Source: Azolla caroliniana (Eukaryota; Plantae; Polypodiophyta). Taken from it: DNA of 64,000 nucleotides. The stretch lies in NCBI GenBank assembly GCA_043228905.1, contig JBHGNT010000015.1:5456001-5520000 (forward strand), given 5' to 3'. The notes beneath the pieces are model-generated. The model made no database searches. It worked only from the letters and a program-made list of their open reading frames with translations, and had not been told where the DNA came from. Both the position numbers and the translations under genes were made by a program. Positions 1-13,869 of this stretch are shown here, piece after piece; the stretch's first letter is position 1, and each line of letters opens with the position of its first letter.

Positions 1-609
1 CCTCTTTGATTAGTTTTCATGAAGATTACTTAAGCTTGTCTTTAAGGTTGGACCGTTTGAATTAGGCTTAGCAGGTCTAGAAGGTTCTGTCTTGTAGATA
101 ATAACTTCATTGCCCTTTAGTTTTGCAAGATCCGATGACAAGTTTCACTGTGACATCTATACAGAACACTCATTTTCAAGCTGAGAGGTGATAAACTCGT
201 GTTGATAGCCTTACTAGAGGGTCTCCAAATATTTAGAAAGATCACAGAGACAGAAAATGATGTAGAAACTTCTTCAGAGATGAGAGTCTGTAATGCATGT
301 ATTCAGAACAATAAACCTCTTGTGAGGTTAGGGCTTCATGAAGCATTTCTGGTTATGAGGAAGCAAGTCTATTTTTGATAGTGGTGATATATAGTTAGAT
401 TATGGGCAATGTATGAATGCATTGTAATTTAGCAAGAGAGATGATGAATATAGAACGAACACTTGCTAAGGTTAGGATTGCTGGGAGAACACTGATATGG
501 AGGACCAGTTCACCTATGGCATGATAATGTATTGGTCTTACCTATCTCTAGGACCTGAATAACTTGATGCTCAAACTATCTTATTCTATTCTTTTTGTTT
601 TTATTGCAG

Positions 610-994
610 ATTTACGCATGTCCTTCTCTATCCAGTTCTAAAATTATTTTCCTGGACTTTCGTGCCAGACTATGTTCACCGCATCATGTTGAAAATGGGT
701 AAGTGCTATTTGTTTCATTCAGTAAATTGACCATTGTAAGTTACCTGACAGATGAAACCTGTATACAGAAATGAAGCTCCAACAACTCACGTTGAGACTC
801 CTACATCAGTAACAGTGGGAGTTTGTGCATCACATCCACTAAATGATTGTATAGTGGCAGGGACGCCGGTAAGTTGTTACATGTGATAACAAAGACAGAT
901 TATTTTCTCCGTACTAAAGCAACTATTGTTTAAAATTGGGAATCCTATCTCTCAGGGAGCATCTATACTCATTATTGGACATCAAAATGGATAA
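610..994 (+). CDS. 3' end of a spliced protein-coding gene (exons 610-698, 769-868, 956-994); C-terminus resembles a final WD40-like blade
   Basis: Canonical sites ttattgcag|, |gtaagt (699), tatacag|, |gtaagt (869) and ctctcag| give 70- and 87-nt introns. Phases are consistent and yield IYACPSLSSSKIIFLDFRARLCSPHHVENGNEAPTTHVETPTSVTVGVCASHPLNDCIVAGTPGASILIIGHQNG*. The WD40 assignment is an inference from HP..IVAGT..SILII. Upstream exons were not resolved. Confidence 0.7.
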
Positions 995-3900
995 GATAGC
1001 TGCCTTGAACGTCTGAACTAGTTTAGCGCCCAAAATATGGACCTCATAAGATGGGAGTTTGTAACTTGTATGATTTTTTTTATACTCGAGAAACATTTAC
1101 AGTTCTGTAGGTAACTTGTTCTGTAAATATTCCACTCATTCTGTAAATATTCCAGCATTCATGTTATGGTGGTGTATACTAGTAACCTTATTTTACTTTG
1201 CACAGCCTCGTTCGTTCTTCACAATACTACATGATAAGACTCATCCCAAAGGTTTATGTCATCGCAGAGGCAGCTGGTTATTCAGGACAATTTGGATCTT
1301 GATAGTTGTAGCCAGATTATAACCTTTTCTGTATAATTTCCTTCAATATAGGCAAGATAATGATTTGTCCCCTTTGCGGTTTAAGAATGTCCTCTCTTCC
1401 TTCACAGTTGCATACTTTATGATATGTGGAATTATAGGGATATGTAATGCGTTGGAAGTAATTACCATAAAAACATAATTATTCTTCAATTATACTTTTG
1501 GTTCAATGTAACTCTAATATTTTGGTAACTGTAGTAGCAACATCTCTAAGACCTTGTCCTTGCAAATATATTTGAACATTATATTTTAATATAAGATAAT
1601 GATCTCTATCAAGCTTCTTTGGTTTTGCCTCTTGTATCAACAGCTTTCTACTTCTGAATAATATCTCAAATCAAGATGAATGTTTATGTGCACAGTTATG
1701 AGGTTAAATGTTTTTGTATTTGAAATTAGATTTTAAATTATTGTGGAATTTGTGATATCTAGTAAAATGGAAATTATGCCAAAGTTTTAGCCATATGATT
1801 TTGACGAGTAAAATGGAGTCATGACTAGTAGATACCCGATGAGAAGATCACAATCACCTTGAATATTGAATAAATTCTATTGCTTCAAGTAGTTAGTCTA
1901 ACAACAACCATTGAGAGAGATCACCGTGCTTTCATCTTGGTTACTTTGAAATAATGTGAATCATCTATGAATAGCTTTGATGAAGAAACCTTAATTTGGG
2001 AATGAACATAGATTTGATTCTAATATTGGTTATATTTTCTTAGTTGGTAGATGGATTTTTTATAATTTCTTGAAGAGATTGATCACAATCTCTTGGGTGG
2101 GGGTTTCAACCTATGGCAAGGATTGAACATGGGTCAAATAATCAGCTTATTATTTCTCCAAATAAAGTTCACCACCAAAATATAGATAAGCAATGTGGTT
2201 GATGATGCAAAGAAGATCTAGACTTACTACTAATACAAATTATACTCACTCTACAACCTATCATGTGTTCAAGGTTATTTAAATATGTGAAACTTTTCTA
2301 GATTCGAGTATGTTAGAAGAGTGGACATAGTGAAAAATCATCGCCATGACTTCCTTTTTGGTAATCCATGCTTAGAAAATTACAAGTTAAAGATACAAAA
2401 ATTAGGCTCTTAAAGCACAATTAGGTAGAATATTAAAGATAGAGGTTTAAGCTTTAGCTTTAGGGAATGCTTTTTATGGTAACCCCAAAAGTATTATGTG
2501 ACATATGAATGTAAAAATTTATATGGCAGTTTATCTTTAGGTAATGTATGTTACATATAATGGTTATATTTAGAGATTGTATCTTATTTTGTGTTTATTG
2601 CTATGCTTATAGTAGCTTTTGTATGTTTGCACGTCAAACTTAGTGTGTAGGTCTTCTATGCTAGATTTATGTCAATGTTATCTTTCAAGGTTTTGGTTAT
2701 GCATGTAGCATATATTTATGAATGTAGGATGCATGTATTATTTATATTAGGTTTATGTCTAAGCTTTTTATGTATCTTATGTTTTAGGGTTTTATGTTTG
2801 TATTTATGTTCAGGTCGAATTATGTTTAGATTTTGGTTATGCATGTAGTATTTGAACAATTGTTTGGTTGCATATAGAATTTATATCTTCCCCTATGTAT
2901 GTGCACGCATGAATGAAGAATTCATGTATATTAAGTTTAGGTATGTATATATGTCATATGTAAGTTAGGTATCCTCGGTATATGTATCTACATGTAAGTT
3001 AGTATGATGTATGTAGGGTAGGTCTATATGTAAGCTACGCATGTAAATTAGTATCAAAGGTGGTACTTTAAATATCAATTACCAAAAGCTCATGGGACTA
3101 AACTTTTATAGATTGTAAAACACGAGAGCATTAGGTCGTTCCATAGATAACCAAGAAGACAACAAGGTGTGAATATTCGTTAGATAGAAGATTCTAAAAT
3201 GTATGTAGTTGTAGGGCTACACAAATTAGTGTTTGGAGACATTATGTTGAGAACAATCAACATTCACAAAACAAGTCATCAAAGAGGGTTTAGAAGAATT
3301 GGGCGATGAGCCTTGACACATTGGTATATACATAACTGGCCGGGTGTAATGAAATTGGTTTGTTATATAGAAATAATTAAGGGCCTAGTTCGAAGAGACA
3401 TATGAACATGTCCCTAACATTGTAGAATGAAAGAGATGTTGGAGGTTAGTTGGATGTAGAAAAAATCAAGGTTGGGTGATCCGAGTATAATATTCTAAGA
3501 TGATGAGATAAAAGGCATCTCACTAAAAGGTTCGTCAAACTCCAAATGTATAAATCAAGTGGTTGTAGATGTTGCAAAATGGCATTGGTTGACTGACACA
3601 AGGAATGTGGGAAATGGTAGATGTAAGTAGATTCCAAAATTAATAAATGAACTATATTGTAGAGGACCCAAGTGATCTAATAAAAATGTATGTTTATTGA
3701 GTCACTTATATAAACTTAACTAGATGGATCTTTTGTTTTTTGGAAAAAAAAAACTAGATGGATCTTCTTGTCTATTATTTTTTTGTTACTGAGTTTTGAA
3801 ATTTGAGAAACTAAAAACAATGAAATCCCTAAATATAAAATATTTCTACTTAGTAGAAGGGAGGCTTGAGTTCTCTTGATGGAGATAATGGTATAAACAA

Positions 3901-5550
3901 TGGTACAAAAGCGGATGGAAGTAGCATTGGATGTGATTTTGGCATGTATATGAAATGAGAACATTCTATACAATAAACAAGACTTCTACAACATGCAACA
4001 TATACACTTTCATAAGAAATACAAAAAATTAACATTGTCTTGAGTCTTCAAGCTTCATAAATTAGTATTGCTTTCAAAATTCATAAAGATTCCATGTTTA
4101 TGTACCGGTATTGTTTCATGAAAATTAAAATTTAGGCAAATCATGAGTGAATATAAGATAGAACCGCTCTTGAACTACTCTCCATGTGAAATGTTTCTAC
4201 TTGAAAAACACAATTTTTTCCTCATGTTTCTTATGTTGATCTTTTTAGAGTTTGATCCATCTTCGTTTCATCCACCTAAGCAACAAGACAATTGGAAAAG
4301 AAACGACAACTCTTCCACACAAGTTTTCGAAGGAACTACTATAGTCCACTAGTTGTTCCACAACAAAATTGTGGCGTTTGATTCGAGATAGAGAAAAGAA
4401 AAACTTGCATCACCTAATGCAAAAGTATATCTATACAAAAGGACAATGACTTAATATGTTTTTCTTTTATGCAACTATAGGAAAAAACTATTTGACCTTA
4501 GTTAATGTGTGCATGGTATGACTTGTTTGAGGACAATGCTTTAGTGGACGGGTTTATAGATATAAATGACTTCGAAAACCGTTTTATGTGGAAAATTAAA
4601 CAAATCTCATTTAAAATTGACTCAATAAAACTAAAAGCATTTAAATAGAAACCTTGGAGGTGTGGGAGATTATTATAAAATCCTGCTTGGATAAGTATCA
4701 AGGCATGCAAATGGCAACCAAGAAACACAAAGCCATTGTTATTGTTATCATGATCTTACTTGAAAAAATATTTTAGTTGATTGCTTTACATGATAAGGAA
4801 GGGAATGAGAACCTTTTCAAATTAGGCAATATTGATATCCCATTTCAAATTGAATGATAAACTTGAAGGCCTTTAATTGGAAAGCTTGGAGGTGTGGGTA
4901 ATTGGAAATAATTGCAAAAGAGCTCATGTCTCAGTAGACATATTTCAAGTGCTTAGGAAAAGATTTGTAGAAGAGGTCATGTTGCTTTACAAGAATGAGA
5001 ACCTTTTTAAAATAGGCAATGTTGATTAGAAAACTTAAGTTAGATGGGATATGTTTAAGTATCTACATATTTTAAGTGCTTAGGAAAAGAGTTGTAGAAA
5101 TGTGGGAGGAGGGGGATTTATCCACGATGATGAAAGGGAAGTGCACAATGAATAGTGGAACTAAATATACTAGTAGGACGTGTGCTCGACATGTCTTCAT
5201 TTTTTACTATAAAGAGCTAATCGTTGAACATGCTTATCAAATGATCCATATTAACTACATATAATATACCGTATCAAACACCTTCATCTCCTAGGCTATG
5301 ATAACCAAGAACTCTGGCAATAGCTACTTCATAACACCCATGAACCAACATTTCATTTAGCATCTAATGCGAAAAATGTCATATTAAGTTTTGGCTTCGC
5401 AATCAGTCGAATGTTTTACAATGTCAATAAGACTCTTGATGAAGAACAACTAGTCATGTCCTACATGCAAAAGCGTAACACTGCCACAAAGGTAACTCAT
5501 GCAATGACTCAAGGAACAATGACGCTAGGAATGTCACCCCCCATCATAAG

Positions 5551-7685
5551 TGTTGGAATAAAAGTCCTATTGCATCCAATTGTATTCCTAGTGTGAACAC
5601 TCTCAGAGTTAGGGCCTAGTTAACCTAACTATATAAGAGAGAAGTGTATCTTGTAACATGAGTTCGTGGGATTAATAAAGAAACAATCTTCTTGAGCCAT
5701 AACCGTGTAAACCGTCTGTCTGTCTCTTTCTCTCTGTGTATACTTTCTTAAACAGATACATTGCATCATATGTCCATCTTGTGCTTGCCTGTTAACTCCG
5801 TAGAAAGATCCATACAAGCTTCTACACTAATAAACCCATCATCACATTACAACCGACCCAAACACACAATGTCAACAAAGTTGTATCAGAGCATCTTGGA
5901 GTTTTGCAGCAACAACACAAGAAGGGGAAGAACCGACTAAAAGAAATGACCAGGTCATAAATCTCACTTCCTAGAAAACATGGCTTCAACATCGGGCATA
6001 GGAGTGGAAATCTGAAAGTTTGATGGTAAAAACTTTGTCTTATGGAAGGAGATTATGCAGGATGTACTCATCATCCAACGCCGGATTGAAGCTATATGAC
6101 ACAACACTAAGCCGGCTTCAATGATGGAAGAAGAATGACGATCTTTGGATGAAATAGCCAGATTAACCATTCAAATGTATCTGGCCGAAAACGTCTATTT
6201 TAGCATAGCCAAAGAGACGAGTGCTTATGCCCTGTGTGAGAAGCTTCAAGATGTATATGAAAAGATGTTGAACTCATCCAAACTCATATTGATTAGACAA
6301 TTATTCAATATGAAGATGAAAGAAACTAAGCTAGCGACATCCCACATCAACACCCTTTAATCGAGTGCTGACTGAACTCTCCTTGCAAGGATTAAACTTT
6401 GAGGAAGAAATCAAAGCCGTTGCATTTCCCTCGAGCCTGCTGAAAAGTTGGAAGTATTATGCATAACGATCACAAATACCTCGACAAAGTTGACGCTTGA
6501 TGAAGCAATCATAAAGATACTCTTGGAAGACTTCGAAGAAAAACTCTATCCCCCAATGTAAAATTGTGTTGCCGAATGCATGAACCGGATCATATAGGAA
6601 CGAGTGACGACAATGCTCCAGCAAGTTGGACTAAAGCTGGTGTTCTGGGCCAAGACATTGCAGATGAAAATATATTTGATCAATCCGTTGATGTCAAAAG
6701 CAATATGGCTCCAAGTGCCACATACTATGGTTGGGAGAACAACGAACCTATAATTGGCTTCGTATATTCAGGTGCGAGGCATAAAGCTAGCGCCCCATTC
6801 GAAGAACTGTATTTTTCTTGGTTACGGAACTAACAAAAAATTCAGATATCGGCTATGGGACCTAGATAACCGGAAATTGATCCAGAGTAGTGATGTGGTC
6901 TTCAATGAAGAGTCAATAATCTTAGGTCAAATCAAGCTCCAAACCGGAATGAGAGTTAGTTTTGACTATTCTCCGACCAAGTTTCAACAACCACCCCCCA
7001 ACCAAACCTGAATACGCAAATGGTTAAGTAGGCGTATCCCAATCACCTCAAAAATTGGTTAGAATTCCAAATAGCTAATCCCAACCGGCCAAGGCACCAA
7101 CACACTAGTCAAATACTCTCGAGTAAGAGGTTGATACGACAACAACACAAGATGATTGCAATATCGGATCCCATGAAAATCTCCTTCTAATAGTGGTTCA
7201 AAAAATATCGATTGGATGCACATGCCGCTCGAAGAATCCAAACCCACAACATCGGCACCAAGGAGATTCAGATGAGTCCGAACGTCGAGAGAGTTCTATC
7301 AACCGGGCTTGGACTATGTCAAGTACACAAATGCGGGAGAACCAAGCTCCTATGAAGAAGCTAGAACTGCGCCAGATGCCGAAACATGGCCACAAGCCAT
7401 GAGATTCGAGATGGACTAGATAAAAGAAAACAACACATGGGAGTTGGTCAAATTGCCAGCTGAAAGGAAGCTGTTACCTTGCAAATGGGTTTTAAGGTAC
7501 AAGTACGTATATGGTTCAGACAAGCCCAAGTACAAAACTTGGCTCGTCGCCAAGGGGTTCAAGCAAGAACACGGCATCGACTAAGACAAGATCTTTTCTC
7601 CAGTAGTCAAGATCACAACCCTTCGGCTCCTACTCAGGGTCGTAGCTACGGGAGACCTAGAGCTTGAACAATTGGATGTAAAGAT
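5551..7685 (+). mobile_element. Degenerate Ty1/copia element C1 (5' LTR, PBS, gag, partial INT, start of RT), internally deleted and truncated
   Basis: LTR tgttggaa...tcaaca 5551-5877 and PBS ttgtatcagagc 5881-5892 (tRNA-iMet type, 1 mismatch). Gag MASTSGIGVEI*KFDGKNFVLWKE starts ~5980 and is joined directly to mid-INT (VAE.MNR, CIFLGY..YRLWD) at ~6545. RT reads up to LEQLDVK at 7685. Confidence 0.85.
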
Positions 7686-8590
7686 TGTTGGGAAAACGGG
7701 TCCCTCCGGATGGAGAGATAAGTTGAAAAATCAACTGATTCCCAATTCGGTTGAGGCCGAATTGGAGTAATAATCGATTTGGCAAATAGCCGAATTGGTC
7801 GAAACTAACTCGGGGTTATATTTGGAAATAGCCTCAAGAATGGCTCCACCCCCATCCCAAGGGGGTTGAGAATGAGGGGAAGAGGAAGAGAGATAGAGAG
7901 AGACAATTATTGAGAGGCAAAACTTCTTCTTCATTCATGTCCCTTATGGTGAGGTTATATAGGTACATTACATGAGGGTTACAAATCAAGAACATACAAT
8001 GAGGCTTGTAGGTTAGTTACATAACCTTCTAACAACCTACACCCACTTTACCATATTTGCACACATTCACATAATGTGCATGTGTTTACACATATTAATA
8101 CACTCACACTTACTCATGTGCACATTTGCACATACCCTTACAACATGCCTTCTAACACAAAGACCATCACTTATACACTCATACACTTTCAATCTCACGG
8201 ATAACACATATGGCACGCCCATGGGACAGTGCCTTGCACGAGTGAACCCACATGCCTTCAATAAACACAAACATTGGTCCTTGGACCGGAACTTACAACC
8301 AGAACTCCCTAAGTTTTCTCCTATTGTGTTGGTTGGAACTCCATCGACCGAAACACGCGTAACACAAACACAAACTCAACGACACAAACCTCTCGTTCGG
8401 TCGGAAAATCCGCGAACATAGAAACTTCGGTGCTCTTTTTTTGGTCTTACAATGATGTTGTGTGTATGTGTTTTTTGTTATTTTAATGTGAGTTGTGAAT
8501 TTACAAAATTTTGTGGTTGTCCTTCATTTTTTTAAGTTTTTTTGGTATCGGCCCTCATGGTTTTGAAATTCTTGTTAATGCCCTTTATAT
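7686..8590 (-). mobile_element. LTR-like insertion/remnant interrupting C1 RT
   Basis: Starts tgttggg exactly where the RT frame breaks. It has a minus-strand TATA (ctatataa) and a CT-rich tract. It shares the motif agaatggctccacccc.tcccaagggg with 13557-13585. The right boundary is approximate. Confidence 0.5.
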
Positions 8591-10262
8591 GAAGCCTGTA
8601 GTAGGTCGAGTGTTTGCTTGACCATAGTGCTTGTGGCACTTCGAGCCGTATTACTCTTGACAACGACAGATTTACCAAGTATATTGTCGTTTGCAATGCT
8701 TCGGCCTTGAATTCTAGCTTCAGTTCGGATTGGAGTGCCGTCACCCCCTCCTGGATTGTTCAGTTGATCCATTCTGCCACGCCATTTTGCATGGGTGTGT
8801 AAGGAACGATCTTTTGGTGTCAGATCCCTTTGTTAGAAAGGTACTAATTGAAGGCTCGGGTGGTGTATTCTCCTCCATGGTCGGATCGAAGTGTATTCAC
8901 TCAGTATCCTGACCGGTTCTCCACTTCGGCTATCCATCGAGTGAAGACCTTGAGCACTTCGTCTTTCGACCTAATTGACTAGGCCCAGACTTTCTGAGTG
9001 GAGTCATCTATGAATGTGATGAAGTACCGGGAGCCTCCTGGTGACCTTTCAGGCATCAAGCCACATATATCTGTGAGGACCAGTTCTAGGGGCTATCATA
9101 CTGTCTCGTAGTGGAGAGAGTGCATACTTTGGGTTTATTTCCCGTAGCTACAATGCTCAAAGAAGTTCATTTTCGACTAGAGCTTTGGGATGTAGCCAAC
9201 CGCCATTAGTCGGTCCAATATGACTTGAGACATGTGGCTGAGTCGGCCATGCCATAGGTTTGAGTCAATCGATTCAGCTACGTTAACCATGCCATCTGGA
9301 TTGATCACCATTAATGGATACAAGTTGTTGTGCTTGCATCCATTCCCGATTTTCATGTTTCCTCGGTTGATCATCCATGTCGACTCACTGAGAGTCGTTC
9401 GGTACCCGTCTTCGGTTGGCATGTCGATGGAGACCAAACTCCTTTTAAGGTTGGGTACATGCTAGACATGGTGCAAGACGATTGTATTGTCATTCACCAA
9501 TCGAATTGGCACTTTGCCAATTCCGGAAATTTTGCATTTCTGCTCATTGCTGAGTTGAACAATGCCATCGGCTCTGATCGAATAGTTCGAAAACCATTCG
9601 ATATTTGGGGCCACATGAAATGTGGTGCCGGAGTCTAGTGGCCACGTTTGTGCATCTTGGGCACTATAGGGAACTTCTCCGATCATCGAGTCCTCTAGGG
9701 AGAGAATTTCTCCTTATTCAGAGTCGACAATGTTGATCGGGTTACTGTCTGGAGAATGGTTTGAGTAGGAACGTCCTGAATTCTGTTCAAATTGTTGACC
9801 GCTCTCCTTTCTTTTAATCGACAAGTAGTCGGAAACATTGTGACCAACTTTTCTCCAGTGGGTGCAGAAATCACTTGGTTGACAATTCCTCAACTTTGAC
9901 CATTGTCTGCCTCCCTTTTTTCTTGGTCGAGTGATGTTTTGACTGGTTCTTTCGACTTGTTCTCTAAATCGACTGGATCATTCAATACTCGATCAAATGG
10001 TGGGCTTCTACTAACTCATCGATGGTGAGTCCCATCGATTTTCGCTGAATGTCCTCTGTGAGGACTTGTCTGATTGTCTCATCCAGATTTATATTTGGAC
10101 AATTGTTGGCAAAAGTCATGTAGAATACCTCCCAAGTCGCCGACAAGCTTGAAAGGAGGGTAACAACTTTAACTTCTTCTTCAAAGTTAAACCCTTGGGA
10201 GGAGATTTCAGATAACACCCAACTGAAGGTGTTGATGTGGGAGGTTGTTAGATCCGTCTCTC
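8590..10262 (-). pseudogene. Ty1/copia fragment C2 (gag-PR-INT), same family as C1, inverted
   Basis: Minus-strand ORFs: LSEISSQGFNFEEEVKVVTLLSSL (gag, matches C1 gag), WPLDSGTTFHV (protease), LWHGRLSHMS (GAG-pre-integrase), plus INT-like pieces. Many stops. Confidence 0.85.
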
Positions 10263-10364
10263 TTATCTATAAATCTTTTTCTCCAAGATATTCTTTATTC
10301 AAGTCCTAACTAGAGAATATGTTCACATTAAGGATACAAACATGAAGGACTCGACTTTTTATGT

Positions 10365-12592
10365 TGTTGAGAGACAAGCTCAACATGAGCCAGATCGATT
10401 AAAGGTCAGTAGGCCGGTCGACTAAAGAAGCCAACAACCAAATCGGCTAAAGGAAATCGGTTGAATAAACTGACAACTGGGTTAGCCTAGGGATAGGTTG
10501 ATAGGCCGTTAGGGCCTATATTGATGGTCAGTAGGCAAGAATAACTTTAGGAGTTAGTATCGGATGCTCTTAAATGAGCATTAAAGTACTGATGGTACTT
10601 GTGTCAGACCACTTTCAGGGCTTGTATAAAAGTGCTCTCTGAGCATAGTTATATGTACACATGGTATTATATTGAATAGAGTTTCTTGAATCTTTTGCTT
10701 TCTTTGTCTTTCCCGCATTATGTGTATCTCCATTTTTTCTTTGTGTTTTCTTTGTTGCTGTCCGGGTAAGCCGGTTATGTTCTGTTTTAATTTCCGCACA
10801 TAATCTTCACATGGTATTAGAGCGCAAGGATTGAGAATCCTCTACTGCCGATAAGCATTTCAACATAGACAAACCCTAATCCTTGGACAAGAATAAACAA
10901 GAAGAAGAAAATGGACAGAGGAATGGGTGTTGCTCTTCCAAATTATAGAGAAGTTGGACAGAAGCAACTACTCGTCTTGGGAGTACAAGATGCACCAGTA
11001 CCTGCTCGAGAATGGCTACTGGAGTTACATCCATGGAGAAAATGAAGTAGTGCTAGAGTCGACACACAAGGATTTTCTAGCGTGGGAGCAGGTGGCAAGT
11101 AGAGTCTTATACTGCCTTGCATCTTGTGTGCACGACCAGATGTTGGGATACATTCGAGATGCAAAGACGCCGAAGGAGGCTTGGGAAAATCTAAAAAAGA
11201 TTTTCGCCGCGAGTACCACGACCCATAAGTTGTAGCTCTGTCAAGAGCTCAATAATATCCGACAGAGGTATATGACGGTGACTAACGACACCACGAAGAT
11301 CAAGGAAATCTGTGACATTTTGGGGTCCATCAATGTGATGGTGGATGAGGACGAAATGGTACAGATTTCCCTTGGTGGTCTATCTCAAAGGCATGGGCCG
11401 ATCTGGGTGGCTATTTGCACAAGGGAGAAACCACCATCGTTTTTCGACCTGCAATTGATGCTGATGGTCGAAGAAAACCACGAAGGTGCATCAAGGAGTA
11501 CGCAACCTAATAGTCGGAAGTTGACATGGAGGCGGATAGGCCCATGGTCATGGGGAACATGGTGGATCATCACGCAATGGTGGCAACCAACAAGAGTAGA
11601 ATCAGAGGCATAATTGACATGTCAACATCAGTTTTGGACCCTACACGAGCAGGGGGAGTCAAGGCAACACCGGAAACCGACAAGCAAAGGCCGCGACAAA
11701 ATGCTGGTATTGTGGCCGGAAAGGCTAGAGAGAAAGCGAGTGGTGGAAGAAGAATCAGATAAATCCGGATCAGGTAGGGCCGAATAGGGAAATTAGTAGT
11801 GGTCGCACTTCACTAAAGGCTCGCTCCAAGCTGGAACGGGTCCTCCATTTGTAACGAAGCATAAGGCCAATTGATGAAGACGAGCACCTCAAAACCGACT
11901 GAGGTGTGGTATGTCGATTTCGGAGCATCGAATCACATGTCGAGCCACGAAGAGTGGTTCTCACATTTGGAGACGCCGGAACAGCCAGGGATCATCAAAA
12001 CTGGTGACGATACCTCACATCCCATCGAGCATGTCGGTAACGTCCCCTTGAGCCATGTCGGTTAGAAAGGGAGACTAATGAACATCCTGCATGTGCCGAC
12101 AATCACCAAGAATTTGGTGTCGGTCGGACAGATTGTCGACCAAGGAATACAGGTTTAGTTCACCCAACTTGGCTGCTTCATTGAGGAAGAAGGACAAATC
12201 ATTGCACAAAGGCGATGAGAGGGGAGAATGTTCATCCTCGACAAAAACGACATCGGCACCACAATGTTTGCCAAAGGACAAAAAGTCAAATCGGATATCA
12301 ACTTGTGGCATAAACGAATTGATCACATCAATTTTCATTGGCTTTAGGAGTTGCAAGCAAAACAGATTATGTTTAGGTTGCCGAAGTTCAGTGGCCGGAA
12401 AGCCCAAGTTTGTGAAGCTTGTCAGCTAGGGAAGCCGCATCGGCTTCCTTTCCCCAACGAGCGAAATCAGAGTCGTAACAAGCTAAACCTAATTCATTCG
12501 GATGTGTGGGGACCGACACAAAATGTGAGTATTGGCGGGAGTCAATATTTCGTCTCCATCATCGATGACTATAGTCGACACATGTGGATTTA
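10365..12592 (+). mobile_element. Ty1/copia element C3: 5' LTR, PBS, gag, PR, start of INT; interrupted by C4
   Basis: LTR tgttgag...tcttcaca 10365-10811 and PBS tggtattagagc 10812-10823. Gag KLDRSNYSSWEYKM, protease WYVDFGASNHM, INT CEACQLGK...IHSDVWGP...IDDYSRHMWIY, ending at the C4 LTR. Confidence 0.88.
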
Positions 12593-13399
12593 TGTGAAGA
12601 TTAGCATGGGGAAGCTAAAACAATCGTCTCAGTCGGATAGCAATAGAAAGTACTGAGAATCAATGGAGAACACATAGAGAATACAGAGTACCCGGGAGAG
12701 ATAGAGTGAGAGCAGAACACAGAAAACTCGATTTCAAAATAACACTTTGTACAATCAAATGTGCTCAGCGAGCACTTTTTATACGTGTCCATAAAGGACT
12801 GACCAACGTATTGACAAGTACTTCAACGCTCATAACTGAGCTACTAACACTAACTCCTAGGAATATAACTTCCTAGTAATCTAGTATCATAGGCCTCTAA
12901 CGGCCTACTGGCGCCACACAGATTCGCCTCACCGATCTGGTTTCCAGATCTAGCTTCCCGATCGGGTTCAGGCCTAGCCAATCAGTCTTCACCCGATCCG
13001 ACTCTTGGCTTGTTCAACCGATCCGGCCCACATTGAGCTTGCTCGCTCAATACTCCCCCTTAAGCTCAACTTGAGGTCAGTCAATCATGTCAGCATTCGC
13101 CGGTCCTTGTCTCCAACTCCTCTTGGAGTCTTCATGCCTTGCTTGTGCGTTCCACGACTCTTCTGGTCCAACGTTCCTCGACCTGTCCGAACCTGTGCAT
13201 CTCGACGTCCTCAGTTGGCGTGTCTACTCAACAATCCCATCTTAGCTCCCTTGCTATTGTGACATTGGCGCATCTCGACCGTTCAACTCCTCTATGTCAA
13301 CATCGACTTCAGCTGCCCTCATGTCCGCTCGGCCTTCATGTGATTCAACTCATCTAAATTGAACTACTCGACTGAATCGGCTGTCTCCGATTCGTCCTC

Positions 13400-13869
13400 T
13401 GTTATATGTTTTAGGGTTAGGGTTAATGATGATAATGATAAAGATAGGAATAGGGTTAACAATCATGGTAGATTAATGAAGATAGACATGGTGATGGAGA
13501 GTATGATGGTGAGAGAGATCATGTCGAGAAGCATTGCGGGGTGGGGGGTGGTGCTTAGAATGGCTCCACCCCCCTCCCAAGGGGTTCAACGTTAAAGGGG
13601 AGAGAGAGAGAGGGAGAAAGAGATGACAAGAGAGAGAGAGATTGAGAGAGAAATGGTTATTTTTTCATTCATTCCCCATAAGGGGTTAAATAGTACAAGA
13701 GGGGGTAGATACAAAGGGGTGTAAGCCCCCTAGAGCATTCATACTGGACACTCACTCACACCTCCTCGTATCCATCCACATGCACACACGTGTGCATGTG
13801 TTCACATATGTATTGACTCACAATTACATTTATGCCCCCTACACACACACAACAATCATCATGATAACA
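13400..13869 (-). mobile_element. Solo-LTR-like insertion in the 3' region of C4
   Basis: Inverted termini tgttat...ataaca, a (GA)n tract and a motif shared with 7837-7865. No matching TSD was seen. Confidence 0.5.

Noticed and set aside
1320-5550. Possible decayed transposon sequence with degenerate tatgt/ttag repeats
   Set aside because: No termini, TSD or protein motif could be supported by eye.
13408-13426. Telomere-like ttttagggttagggtta (and scattered aaaccctaa)
   Set aside because: Only 2-3 imperfect units inside LTR-like DNA; not an interstitial telomere array.
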